Assembly: GCA_963835065.1 (NCBI GenBank)
Contig: CAWIEK010000042.1
Location: forward strand, 32,001 to 96,000
Direction: 5' to 3'
Origin: an uncultured Chthonomonadaceae bacterium
Lineage (GTDB): Bacteria; Armatimonadota; Chthonomonadetes; Chthonomonadales; Chthonomonadaceae
DNA length: 64,000 nucleotides
The notes beneath the pieces are model-generated. The model made no database searches and was not told where the DNA came from. It saw nothing but the letters and a program-made list of their open reading frames with translations. Positions 52,975 through 62,452 of the stretch are shown here, piece after piece. The position numbers were made by a program, and so were the translations under genes. The stretch's first letter is position 1; the number at the start of each line of letters is the position of its first letter.

Positions 52975-54837
52975 ATGCCTCGTTATGTGCTGGCCCTGCT
53001 GCTTGCGGCGGGGTGTATGCGCCAAGCCGCGCATGCCCAAAATCAGAAACCCGCGCCCGCGCCGACGCCCGCGCCCGTTGCGCAGCCCACACAGGTTCCC
53101 AATGCGCAGCCCGCGCAAGCGCCGAAGGCGCAGCCTGCGCAGGCTCCCAATGCGCAGCCTGCACAGGTTCCGAATGTCGCGCAGGTTCCCGTGGCAACGC
53201 AAACGCCACCCATTGCGCCGCGAACGCAGGATACGCCCGTTCCGCCCGCGATTGTGATACCCGTACCGCCGACGCCCGTGCCGGATGTGCCCAACCGTCC
53301 CATTACGGCGGATGAAGCCGCCCGCATCGCCCTGCGCTTGCAGCCCAATGTTACGATTGCCCGCGCCAACATCGCCGCGCAGCAGGGGCGAACGCAGCAG
53401 TTACGCTCCGGCCTGCTTCCCCAGGTATCCGTGTTGGGCAGCTATACCCATATCGAAACCCTGTCTACCGAAGGACGCGGCGGAACGTCTGCGCCGGTCA
53501 GCACGGGCGGAGGAACTGGAACGACCGGCTCAAGCGGCGGAACAAGTACGGGCACGGGCGGAACCGGAACAACTGGCGGCAGTACGTCTGGAACGGGTTC
53601 CACGTCTACGGGTGGCGTCGGCACAACGGGCGGCAGCACGTCTGGAACGGGGGCCGGCACGGGAACAACGGGAACGGGAACCGGGGGCACGACAACCGGC
53701 AGCGGCGGCACGGGCAGTACGGGGGGAAGCAGCACGGGCGGCGGCTCGTCTACGGGAACCAGTACGGGCACGTCTTCCGGTGGCGGAGCCACAACGGTCA
53801 CGCAGCTAGGCGCGTCCAGCGTTGCGTCAGGTGAAGGCGCAATCGGTCAGGCGACACTGCGCCAGCTTATCTATGATTTCAACCATACCCGCGATCTGGT
53901 TCGAGAGTCGGAAGCCCTGGAGCGCGCGGCGTTCCAAAACCTGACCCGCGTACAATACGATCTCGTGCTGCAAGTAAAGCAGGCGTACTACCAGTTGGTG
54001 CAGTACGGGCAGCTCGTGAGGGTCAACGAAGAAAATGTCTCCAACCGCCAGGAACAGCTCAATCTCGCCAACGCCCGCCTAAACTCCGGGCTTGGACTGC
54101 CGCAGGATGTGGTGACGGCGCAGACCGCCAAAGCGGAAGCCGTTCAGCAATTGAATGTAGCGCGCGGGCTGGAAGGCATCGCCCGCCAGAACCTTGCCCT
54201 GCTGCTCGGCATTGATTCGCGGACACCTATACAAACAGCTGACAGCGGCGAACAGCCCATTGCCACCGACGATATTAACGCCTTGATTCAATCCGCCTTG
54301 CAGCGCCGCCCCGAAGTGCTGTCCGCCCAGGAGCAGATTCGCGCCTTCCGCTATGGCGTCAATGCCGCCCGCAGCACCAACGCCCCGGTCGTGTCCGGCA
54401 ACCTTAACTTCACGACGCGGGGCACGGACTTTCCGCCCGGCAATGATTCGTTCAGCGTGGGCGCGTCCATCCAGTTTTCCCCTTTTGATGGCGGGCTGAC
54501 GCAGGGGCGCGTGAAAGAAGCCCGCGCCAATCTCGACGCCGCTAACGCCTCGCTCACCGCCGCCCAACTCGCCGTGCAAACCGACGTCACGCAAGCCTAC
54601 CTCAACCTGCGCACTGCAGAACAGCGCGTCGCGGCTACGCTCACGGAAGTCGCCAACGCGGAAGAAGGCGTCCGCATCGCTAATGGCCGCTACCGCTCCG
54701 GCCTGGGCCAGTTCCTCGACATCATCAACGCGCAGGCGTTCCTCCTCAGCGCCCGCACCAATCTTGTCACCACGCAGGCGCTTGTAGAACAAAACCGCGC
54801 CGCCCTTAACCGCGCCATCGGCACACCGATACGGTGA
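52975..54837 (+). CDS. TolC family outer membrane efflux protein with Pro/Gln repeats and a Gly/Thr/Ser insert
   Basis: Two OEP repeats (VKQAYY...A.AR...G; ALQRRPE; V.QAYL...RYRSGL...DI..AQ). Confidence 0.9.
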   Translation: MPRYVLALLLAAGCMRQAAHAQNQKPAPAPTPAPVAQPTQVPNAQPAQAPKAQPAQAPNAQPAQVPNVAQVPVATQTPPIAPRTQDTPVPPAIVIPVPPTPVPDVPNRPITADEAARIALRLQPNVTIARANIAAQQGRTQQLRSGLLPQVSVLGSYTHIETLSTEGRGGTSAPVSTGGGTGTTGSSGGTSTGTGGTGTTGGSTSGTGSTSTGGVGTTGGSTSGTGAGTGTTGTGTGGTTTGSGGTGSTGGSSTGGGSSTGTSTGTSSGGGATTVTQLGASSVASGEGAIGQATLRQLIYDFNHTRDLVRESEALERAAFQNLTRVQYDLVLQVKQAYYQLVQYGQLVRVNEENVSNRQEQLNLANARLNSGLGLPQDVVTAQTAKAEAVQQLNVARGLEGIARQNLALLLGIDSRTPIQTADSGEQPIATDDINALIQSALQRRPEVLSAQEQIRAFRYGVNAARSTNAPVVSGNLNFTTRGTDFPPGNDSFSVGASIQFSPFDGGLTQGRVKEARANLDAANASLTAAQLAVQTDVTQAYLNLRTAEQRVAATLTEVANAEEGVRIANGRYRSGLGQFLDIINAQAFLLSARTNLVTTQALVEQNRAALNRAIGTPIR

Positions 54838-54865
54838 AGGATAAAAATTATTCGCAGGTAGTAGT

Positions 54866-55877
54866 CAGTGGCGCGGCGGAGTTCGGCGAAGAAGAGGTAT
54901 TGCTGCGCCCAGCCTGCATACGCGCCGAAGCGGGAGCGGTAGGCATCGGCGAGGGCGTTGTAGATGCGGGGCGTGAGGGATTTGGCAGCGAGTTCGGGGG
55001 CGAACAGGCGGACGGCGATCTGGCGAACGTGGGTGTCAATGGGAACCGCGTCGTTTTTGTCCAGGCAGAACAGGCAGATGCAGTCCGCGAGTTTCGCGCC
55101 GATGCCGAACAAGCCGCAAAGCGCGGCATGAGCGTCCGCGTAAGAAGCCGTTCGCAGGCTATCCAGCCAATCGGGGGGCAGGGTTTGAAAGTGGCGGGCA
55201 AGAGCGATCACGCGAGGAGCGCGATAACCCCACAATCCCCGCCGCAAAACCGTTTCGTCCGCGTTCGCTAAAGCGTCCAGTGTGGGAAAGGCGTAGAAGC
55301 CGGGGAAGGTTGTTGTTTCGGAAGTCAAGCCGGGCGACTGTGGAAAGACGGGAAGTTTTGGCAGGCCGGTATTAATGGGCTGTCCATACTGCGCAGCAAG
55401 ATGCGCCACGCTGCGCTCGATTTTAGTCACCGTGTTACACGACGCGCACAAGAATGCAAAGAAACATTCCCAAGTGGGCTGACGCAGGACGCGCAGGCCG
55501 CGAAAAGCGGCAACGGCGTCCCTCATGCGCGGTTCCGCCCGTATCCAATCCGCATACAGGGGCAGTACATCCACGTCCAAACGGAAGTAATCGCGGATCA
55601 GAGCGCGTTGATTCGGCTGTGGAAAAGTTTGCCAATGGAGCGGGCTGTCGGGTCGGCCTTCTTCCTGCCACGCCGCGACAACCGTTTGCCCCACCGTTCC
55701 CCACCAAACCCCGTCCCGATCCCGCCGCCACCGAAAACTCTGCCCGCTCGCCACTGTCGCCGCCAGATGGAACGGCTGATTGGTCAGGAGTTCGGTATTG
55801 CAGAAGGTTTTTAGTTGATAGTTGGTAGTTGATAGTTGATAGTCGCTGTGCGCTTGGGCTGGAAGAGTCGGCTGCAA
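54866..55877 (-). CDS. 8-oxoguanine DNA glycosylase (OGG1-like, HhH-GPD); both ends uncertain
   Basis: SGQSFRW, GLRVLRQ..WEC...FL.AS.N, GYRA, GIGAKLADC..LF, PIDTHV and GAYAGWAQQYLF. Confidence 0.88.
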
Positions 55878-55993
55878 AATCCTGCTCCTGACGTAGTTGA
55901 AGTGTACTCTACTCCGTATACGTCCTCATCACGCGCAACAGCAGCCATGTTGTTAAGCAACATCTATCAACTATCAACTACCAACTATCAACT
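55813..55993. repeat. perfect 30-bp inverted pair of heptamer repeats (AGTTGAT)n
   Basis: 55813-55842 is the exact reverse complement of 55964-55993. Confidence 0.9.
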
Positions 55994-55995
55994 TT

Positions 55996-57819
55996 TCAAG
56001 CCGCTTTCCGTTCCGCGTGGCGTTCGCGCTTGTCGGCGTACATGGCCGCGTCGGAGCGGCACAACAGTCCCTGCAAGTCGTTGGCGTCTTCGGGGTAGAT
56101 GGCGATGCCCACGCTGATACCTAATTGGGGGAAATCCCCATCTTTGGCAATGATTTTGTGGGCGTGGCGCTCCACCGCGTGTTTTAGTTTTTCCGCAACC
56201 ACTTCCGCCGCCATACGGCTTGCCCGCGTCAGCACGACAACGAATTCATCGCCCGCATAGCGCGCGGCCAGGTCGTAGCTGCGAACGTGCGCTTCCAGAA
56301 TCTCGGCCACATCGCGCAAAATCTGGTCGCCCATCGCATGTCCGTATAGATCGTTGATGGGCTTGAACTTGTCCAGGTCAATGTTCAGCACGGCAATGGA
56401 CGACTGATCGCGGCCTGCCCGGTTGATTTCGCGCTCCAGAAACTCGCGCAGGAAGCGGGCGTTGCGCAGGCCGGTCAGCGTGTCCGTATAAGCGTTTTCC
56501 TGCACTTCCGTAAAGCGGCGGGCGTTGTCTATGGCTTGACTCGCCTGTGTCGCCACAAGCCGCAAAACGCGCTGCGCGTCCAGGCTGAACGCTTCCGGCG
56601 ATTCCGCATACAGGTTCAGGGTTCCAATGGCTGTGCCGCCCACAAGCAGGGGCACGATCAGCGTGGAGCGAAACGGCGTCCAGGCGTCGCTTACGTCGCG
56701 CAGCGCCAAATCCTGCGGCATGAACGACGCGCGCATCATTTCGCCCCTGCCGAACGCTCGCCCCGTCAGATACGTTCCCATCCGCGCCATGCTGCCGAGT
56801 AAATGCCGCTCATTCACGCCCTGCGCCGCCGCGCAGCGCAGATACTGCTCCTCGTCATCCGGCAAAAACAGGGCGCAGGCGTCGCACATCACGATCTGCC
56901 GGGTGCAGGACAGGAGGGTATCGGCAACGGCTTCCAGATGCAGCGACCCGGAAATGGACTGCACGAGCGTATACAGGCCAAGCGTTTCCTGCTGCGCGGC
57001 GGCAATATCTTCCAGCGCCGCCCGTGATTCGCGGTAACTGCCCGGCTGCTGAAACGGCGGCGCGAAGCAGGGCGTGGAAGCGCCAAGCGTGGTCACATCG
57101 GCGCGAATGGTGGCGGTCACGGCGCGGAAAGCGGCGAGTACGCCCGGATCGAACTGCGTACCGACCCGCGCCTCGATTTCGGCAAGGGCTTCTTCCGGCG
57201 TATACGCGGGTCGGTACGGACGCGGGCGCAGCAGCGCGCTGTAAGCGTTGGCGACGGCCAGGATACGCGCGCCCAGGGGGATGGCTTCGCCGCGCAGATT
57301 GTCGGGATAGCCGCTGCCGTCCCAATGTTCCGCATGGTGGCGCACCAGGGGCACAACCGGCCAGGGAAACGGAATAGACGCAATGATTCGCGCGCCCAAA
57401 ACGGGATGCGAGCGGAGTTTTTCCTGCTCTTCGGGCGTCAGCGAACCGGACTTGTGGAGAATGTGTTCGGGAACGCCCAATCTCCCGATGTTGTGCAGCA
57501 GGCAGGCGGCGCGAAGCGCGGCGGTATCTTCTTCGCTCAGATTCAACATGCGGGCAATGCCCAGGGCGCACTGCTGTACGCAGTCCAGATGCCCCATACT
57601 GTTGGGGTCATTGGCCTCGAACGCATACGCCAGCGCCTCAATCGTGGAAAAGCACAGGTGGCGCTCATGCGCGCGATTGGCGTTTGCCTGCGAAGTGAGC
57701 GCGCGCGAATTTCTACGTTGCGCCTGCCCCCATCCCAATCGTCCCGCCAGACTCGCCGCCATCCCGCCCGCCACCAACAGACCCGAATGGAGCCATCCAT
57801 TCATCATCAACAAATCCAT
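55996..57819 (-). CDS. degenerate HD-GYP + GAF + GGDEF(AGDEF) signalling protein
   Basis: LHNIGR, HHAEHWDGSGYP, GAF IVPLLVGGTAIGTLNL, DTLTGL and RSYD...RYAGDEF. Confidence 0.88.
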   Translation of the reverse strand: MDLLMMNGWLHSGLLVAGGMAASLAGRLGWGQAQRRNSRALTSQANANRAHERHLCFSTIEALAYAFEANDPNSMGHLDCVQQCALGIARMLNLSEEDTAALRAACLLHNIGRLGVPEHILHKSGSLTPEEQEKLRSHPVLGARIIASIPFPWPVVPLVRHHAEHWDGSGYPDNLRGEAIPLGARILAVANAYSALLRPRPYRPAYTPEEALAEIEARVGTQFDPGVLAAFRAVTATIRADVTTLGASTPCFAPPFQQPGSYRESRAALEDIAAAQQETLGLYTLVQSISGSLHLEAVADTLLSCTRQIVMCDACALFLPDDEEQYLRCAAAQGVNERHLLGSMARMGTYLTGRAFGRGEMMRASFMPQDLALRDVSDAWTPFRSTLIVPLLVGGTAIGTLNLYAESPEAFSLDAQRVLRLVATQASQAIDNARRFTEVQENAYTDTLTGLRNARFLREFLEREINRAGRDQSSIAVLNIDLDKFKPINDLYGHAMGDQILRDVAEILEAHVRSYDLAARYAGDEFVVVLTRASRMAAEVVAEKLKHAVERHAHKIIAKDGDFPQLGISVGIAIYPEDANDLQGLLCRSDAAMYADKRERHAERKAA

Positions 57820-57920
57820 TATCGCCCCCTGCTTCCGCCATCAGATACCGCTAAGAGATACTCTAATTGTGCCAGAAACAGGGACGTAGTACCCTGTAAA
57901 TCCTGCGGGAAAAAGGGAGT

Positions 57921-57995
57921 AGGTTTCAGGTTTCAGGTTTCAGGAAAAGCCTTGCTGCACAAGGGAATTTCCCTGACACCTGAAACCTGAAACCT
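57921..57995. repeat. inverted pair of heptamer repeats (AGGTTTC)n ... (GAAACCT)n
   Basis: About 3 units per arm. Confidence 0.8.
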
Positions 57996-58000
57996 CTCCA

Positions 58001-58840
58001 CTAACCCCTACTCAAGAACCGACTGATCGCCAACCCCTCTTCCGCTGTGAGTTGTTCAAAGCAGATCATGGCCTGGTGGGAGGAAGCGGTACGGGTGCGC
58101 TCGCTGCGCAGAACGCGCCCCCGGAGCGTAAAGCGCCGTTTCAAACGCTGCTGCTCTTCTTCCAGGCTCTCTATGATGCTTGTAAGCGAACCGCTGCCCG
58201 AACGGACAGCCGCGTCCGGCAGAGCGAACTGAAGGGCTACGCGCTGTTTCAGCGGCAGGCAAACATGGGTGCGCAGGCGCATACCATTGGCGCTGAAGTC
58301 TACCGCCCACCCCCGTTCCCAACACTCCTCGGCTTCCACAGGAGACTCGGCAGGGGCAAAAGCCATCGGCAGGGCTTCGAGTTCAGGACGCAGCAGCACG
58401 GCAATGCGCGGCCAGCGGCGCGGGCCAAGCCGCCGCTCTTCCTTCTGTTGGCACTGCCATAATTGAACGGTGATTTCGCGGGTTGCGGATGGTATCAAGA
58501 GAGTGGAGCCGGGCATATTGAAGTCTGTGCCCTCCTGTATGCCTGCATCCGCTTCATACGGCGTGTCTGTTTCCGCTATGTACGCGGTTTCCTCTGCGGC
58601 CACAACGCGGTGCGCGACCACAACCCCCTCCGCTTCGCTACGAAACGAACCGTCCGTAAAGGTAAAGCGGACCAGGGAACCCCAGTGTAGGCAGGATACG
58701 GGAGCCGCCGCCGGCAGGGTGAGCGTCGCCCAATCGCCGTGTAAATCCAACAAGCGCGCTTCATAGCGCGCCAGCGGCTCATAATGGTTGTTCAGCACAT
58801 CCAGCGGAACCAGCGAATCCGAAACGTTTTGCAGTATCAA
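58001..58840 (-). CDS. PilZ domain protein
   Basis: ERRLGPR (RxxxR) and DFSANG (DxSxxG); LRGRVLR. Confidence 0.75.
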   Translation of the reverse strand: MILQNVSDSLVPLDVLNNHYEPLARYEARLLDLHGDWATLTLPAAAPVSCLHWGSLVRFTFTDGSFRSEAEGVVVAHRVVAAEETAYIAETDTPYEADAGIQEGTDFNMPGSTLLIPSATREITVQLWQCQQKEERRLGPRRWPRIAVLLRPELEALPMAFAPAESPVEAEECWERGWAVDFSANGMRLRTHVCLPLKQRVALQFALPDAAVRSGSGSLTSIIESLEEEQQRLKRRFTLRGRVLRSERTRTASSHQAMICFEQLTAEEGLAISRFLSRG

Positions 58841-58865
58841 CAGCGATCTCCCTAGATACGGGCGT

Positions 58866-58941
58866 CAGTGATAAGTGATGAATGATGAGTGATGAATGAT
58901 GAACAAAATTTTATTCATCACTCATCATTCATCAATCATCG
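58866..58941. repeat. inverted pair of heptamer repeats (GATGAAT/GATGAGT)n
   Basis: Units at 58866-58902 and complementary units at 58913-58941. Confidence 0.75.
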
Positions 58942-58954
58942 TTGCTCTCACTAC

Positions 58955-59575
58955 TTATGTCAATTGCAGCAGGAACCGATGCAGCTGCACCTGGTCTATG
59001 CGCGGCACAGAGCCGAAGCGCAGGGCGACGGCATATTCCAGAATACCGTCCGCCGTCTTGACGGGTTCTTTCAGCAGGGTGCAGCGCACCACGTGCGCTT
59101 CCGCGTGAATGATGTCTTTTTCATTCAGGGGAATGCGCAGGCCGAGCGGCGAATTGGCGCAAATCAACATGCCCACCGCCATTTTCGCGCCGCCCTGGCT
59201 GAGATCATGGATACGCCCGATCTCCAGCTTGTCTTCCGGCAAGTCTTGCATTTCCGTGAGAGTGACATTCAAGCGGTAGTGGGTTTTGATGGCGCAGTCA
59301 AAACGCTTGCTGCGGCGGCGCTGCAGCAGCTGCGGGTTGCCGATCTTGGTCACGAACATGTTATCCCGGCGATTGACGACCTGGGAGTTGCACTGGTACA
59401 AGCCGCCATCCACCGTCTGCACCAACTGTACGCTCGCGCCCGGCACGATCAACGCCGCTTCCTTGGGGTCTACCGAGATAAGCAGATGCTGGCCGTCACT
59501 GTGTCGAATCGTGGCGGGCAAGCGGACCTCTTCGGGCATGAGGGTAACTTCAACAAATTCCGATGCGTCGAACAT
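58955..59575 (-). CDS. PilZ domain protein, YcgR-like architecture
   Basis: QRRRSKR and DLSQGG motifs preceded by a PilZN-like beta domain. Confidence 0.8.
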   Translation of the reverse strand: MFDASEFVEVTLMPEEVRLPATIRHSDGQHLLISVDPKEAALIVPGASVQLVQTVDGGLYQCNSQVVNRRDNMFVTKIGNPQLLQRRRSKRFDCAIKTHYRLNVTLTEMQDLPEDKLEIGRIHDLSQGGAKMAVGMLICANSPLGLRIPLNEKDIIHAEAHVVRCTLLKEPVKTADGILEYAVALRFGSVPRIDQVQLHRFLLQLT

Positions 59576-59831
59576 AGTGGTTGGTTTCCAATTTGCTGCA
59601 CTTCTGCCGTGTTCGGTAAATTATCGGCTTGCAATGGCGGCGAGTACAGGTTTGGAATGGGAAAAGATTGGGATAAAGGAATTCTGGAAGATAAAAAAAT
59701 TGGAAACGAGGCGATTGAGATGAAAATGAGACGGGACAAAGTAGAGGGTTAAAAGTCAGGCTTGATAAAGTTGGGGTTGAAGAGTTGAGTAAAAAGAATT
59801 TTGGAAGGTTTTGAAGGAAGTTTTGCGCGGT

Positions 59832-60501
59832 TTAATGTGGGGCGCGAATCATCAGCAGTGACACCCATCTCTGGCGACCATTGGAACGCGGAGGGCGTGG
59901 TTCGGGAGAATGGAGGCGGAAGCCCATGCGTTCGTAGAGCCGCCTGGCGCCCGCATTGCTTTGCAGCACGTGCAGGGCCATGCGCCCTCTGCCACGCGCC
60001 TGCGCCCATTGCAGCGCGTCCTGGAGCAGCAGCGTGCCGACGCCCCGGCCCCGTTCCCGCGCATCTACGGCCAGCGCTTCCACGTAAACAAGATCATCGC
60101 CTTTGGGAATACGACTGCTGATGGCAAAATGGGCGAACACTCCGCCCGTAAACGCCCGGAGGCCCTTCCAAAATCCGGCCTGCGCCTGCGTCACCTGCCA
60201 GTAAGTTCGCAAGGTTCCCCTGCCGATGGGCTGGCCCAGATGCAGAATGATGACGCCTACCGTCCTGCCGTCGCTGCTCCGCGAGGCGAGTCGTTTCCAA
60301 CGACAACGTGCCTGCCCGGTAAAGAGCGCGCAGTAAAGAGGCGGTCTGGACGTCAGAAAGCCGCCCGAATATCCAGTGGTACAAGGCGGGAAACGCTTCC
60401 GCCAAAATCTCACCCACGCGCCGCGCATCCTCCGCTGTCGCGGGGCGAATATGAAGGGGCGTTTCCACTGCGCTTGCGTCAGGCTGTTCCATTTCGTTCA
60501 T
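59832..60501 (-). CDS. GNAT family acetyltransferase with one frameshift near 60270
   Basis: N-terminal IRPATAEDA in ORF 60094..60501; C-terminal LAVDARERGRGVGT...NAGARRLYERMGF in ORF 59832..60428. Confidence 0.8.
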
Positions 60502-60604
60502 GTCTATTGTTCTCCATCGCGTGGTTCTCCTTTGTTCTCATTTTACCAGCAACGCTATTCAACATGCGCGGGGTAACATTAATTTACGAAGCGACTGCCC
60601 TCCC

Positions 60605-60630
60605 GTGACTTTTCCCGGTTCTGCCGTCTC
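60605..60630 (+). promoter_or_regulatory. candidate autoregulatory ECF promoter
   Basis: GTGACTTTT...CGTCTC about 40 nt upstream of the ECF gene; CGTC -10 element is typical of ECF promoters. Confidence 0.35.
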
Positions 60631-60670
60631 TAACACAGTGAACGAGTTTTTTCCATAAAGGCGACAAGCA

Positions 60671-61228
60671 GTGGAGCGATCTATCGGAGTGGGCACATTC
60701 CCGCAAATCAGGGCTGTGGAAGAGCAGCAATGGCTTGACGCCGCGCGGCAGGGCGAAACATGGGCGCTGGAACGGTTTTTCCACGTCTACCAGCCGTCCG
60801 TATACGCCCTGTGCTATCGCATGTTAGGCCGCGCCGAAGACGCCGAGGATGCGGCGCAGGCCGCGTTTGTCAGCGCGTTTGCCGGCTTGCCGAAGTTTCG
60901 GGCAGACAGTGAAATCAAAACCTGGCTGTACCGTATCGCGGTCAATGAAGCGTTGAGCATTTTACGGAAGCGCAAAAACGCGCCTGTCGAACTCGATGAG
61001 TCCTTTCCGGGTGGCGAGGAACACCTGCAAATTCAGGACCGTCTCGCCATGCAGCGCGCGCTGGCCGCGCTGAAACCGGAGCATCGCGTGATTCTGGCGC
61101 TGCGGTTCTGGGAAGAGTTGAGTTATGAAGAGATTGCCGCCGTGCTGAACGCGCCCCTGCCGACGGTGAAAATGCGGCTTGCCCGCGCCCGCCAACAGTT
61201 CCAAAAGCAGTACGAAGCGCAAACATAA
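60671..61228 (+). CDS. ECF RNA polymerase sigma factor
   Basis: DAEDAAQ, TWLYRIAVN (region 2); LSYEEIA..L...TVKMRLARAR (region 4.2). Confidence 0.95.
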   Translation: MERSIGVGTFPQIRAVEEQQWLDAARQGETWALERFFHVYQPSVYALCYRMLGRAEDAEDAAQAAFVSAFAGLPKFRADSEIKTWLYRIAVNEALSILRKRKNAPVELDESFPGGEEHLQIQDRLAMQRALAALKPEHRVILALRFWEELSYEEIAAVLNAPLPTVKMRLARARQQFQKQYEAQT

Positions 61229-61279
61229 AAAGGCGCATTTCTTTGAGAGTTTAAGTTTGCGGATATTAAAGGTACAAGC

Positions 61280-62452
61280 ATGACCAGTCAATGGCACAAC
61301 CGGCGGATGCAAACGACATTACAGCGCTACCATAACGGTGAACTGGCCGGCGCGACGGCGCGGCGTTTGGAAACGCACCTGTCGCATTGCGCCTCGTGCC
61401 GCGCTGCGCTGCAAGCGTGGCAGGAGGCAGAGCAAGCGCTAAGGCAATCCTCCTGCCGCCATGCGCCTGCCTTGCAAAATCCGTCTGCGATGTTGGCGGC
61501 GGTGTTGGCGCAAACGCAGGCGCAAACAAGACGGCGCAGGCAAGTTCGACAACGGCAAAGCGTGGCTGTGTTCACCACAGCCGTCGCCGCGTGTGGCTGC
61601 TGGCTGTTGCTGACGGCAAATCATGGCAGGCGGGAAGGGGCAGGACATTTCAACAACGACTTTGCAGCCTCAAGTTTGCAGCAAGAACGAACAAGAGGAT
61701 CAATTACAAGGCAGAAATCAGGCGCAAAGCACGAGGCGAATGGCGCGTTTCGCAGTGTTTCCGCCGACGTTATGCCACGTGCCCACAACCAGCGCAATGT
61801 TGACCGTCTGCGGACACCCCGCCGAAAATTTACAGCCGAGCGCATAGCGCTGATAAACGTTCGCCACCCTTCCCGCAAACACAACAAAACCACCCGGCAA
61901 ATGAGGATTGCCGCAGCGGTATCGCGCCACAGAAAATTCCGTCTGTCGTCAGCAAGTTCCGCGTCCCTGATTGCGGAAGCGCTGCGCAAGGCAGGCGCGG
62001 CAGAACGTGTTGCCGATGTGATGGCGCAACACGAATTCATCGCCTTGCGAATGGAGGCGCAGACTTTCGTGCAGGATATTCACGCCCCGTCTTCAGGAGC
62101 GCATTTGTTGGTCGCCGTCAACGCGGGACCTGACAAAAATCGCATAAGCAACGGACTTATGCCTGTCGCGTCACTCCCGGAAATACAGGCGTCCCACGAC
62201 ACTTCCAGCCTCGCGGCGGCCACATTCTCACAGAATGATCTTGCAGGAACACAGGTCTGGAACTATTGCGACATTGAGCAAAACGGCAGGAGCGCGACAA
62301 CCCTGCGCTACGCCGCCATGCGGCATTACGGACAAACCCCGGCGGCAATTCTGACCGTCACAACGGAAACCATTCCGCCAAAGATCACCCGACTGGAATC
62401 GCCCCAACAGGAACCTGTTCCGGGGGAAACGTTACAGGGAGAAAAGAAATGA
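61280..62452 (+). CDS. zf-HC2 (ZAS) anti-sigma factor
   Basis: Y..GEL......LETHLSHCASC followed by a TM segment and an extracytoplasmic region. Confidence 0.85.
   Translation: MTSQWHNRRMQTTLQRYHNGELAGATARRLETHLSHCASCRAALQAWQEAEQALRQSSCRHAPALQNPSAMLAAVLAQTQAQTRRRRQVRQRQSVAVFTTAVAACGCWLLLTANHGRREGAGHFNNDFAASSLQQERTRGSITRQKSGAKHEANGAFRSVSADVMPRAHNQRNVDRLRTPRRKFTAERIALINVRHPSRKHNKTTRQMRIAAAVSRHRKFRLSSASSASLIAEALRKAGAAERVADVMAQHEFIALRMEAQTFVQDIHAPSSGAHLLVAVNAGPDKNRISNGLMPVASLPEIQASHDTSSLAAATFSQNDLAGTQVWNYCDIEQNGRSATTLRYAAMRHYGQTPAAILTVTTETIPPKITRLESPQQEPVPGETLQGEKK

Noticed and set aside
54690..54866. 148-bp convergent overlap between the OGG ORF and the TolC gene
   Set aside because: OGG similarity ends at QQYLF and a one-base shift gives a stop near 54866; more likely an indel or trivial read-through
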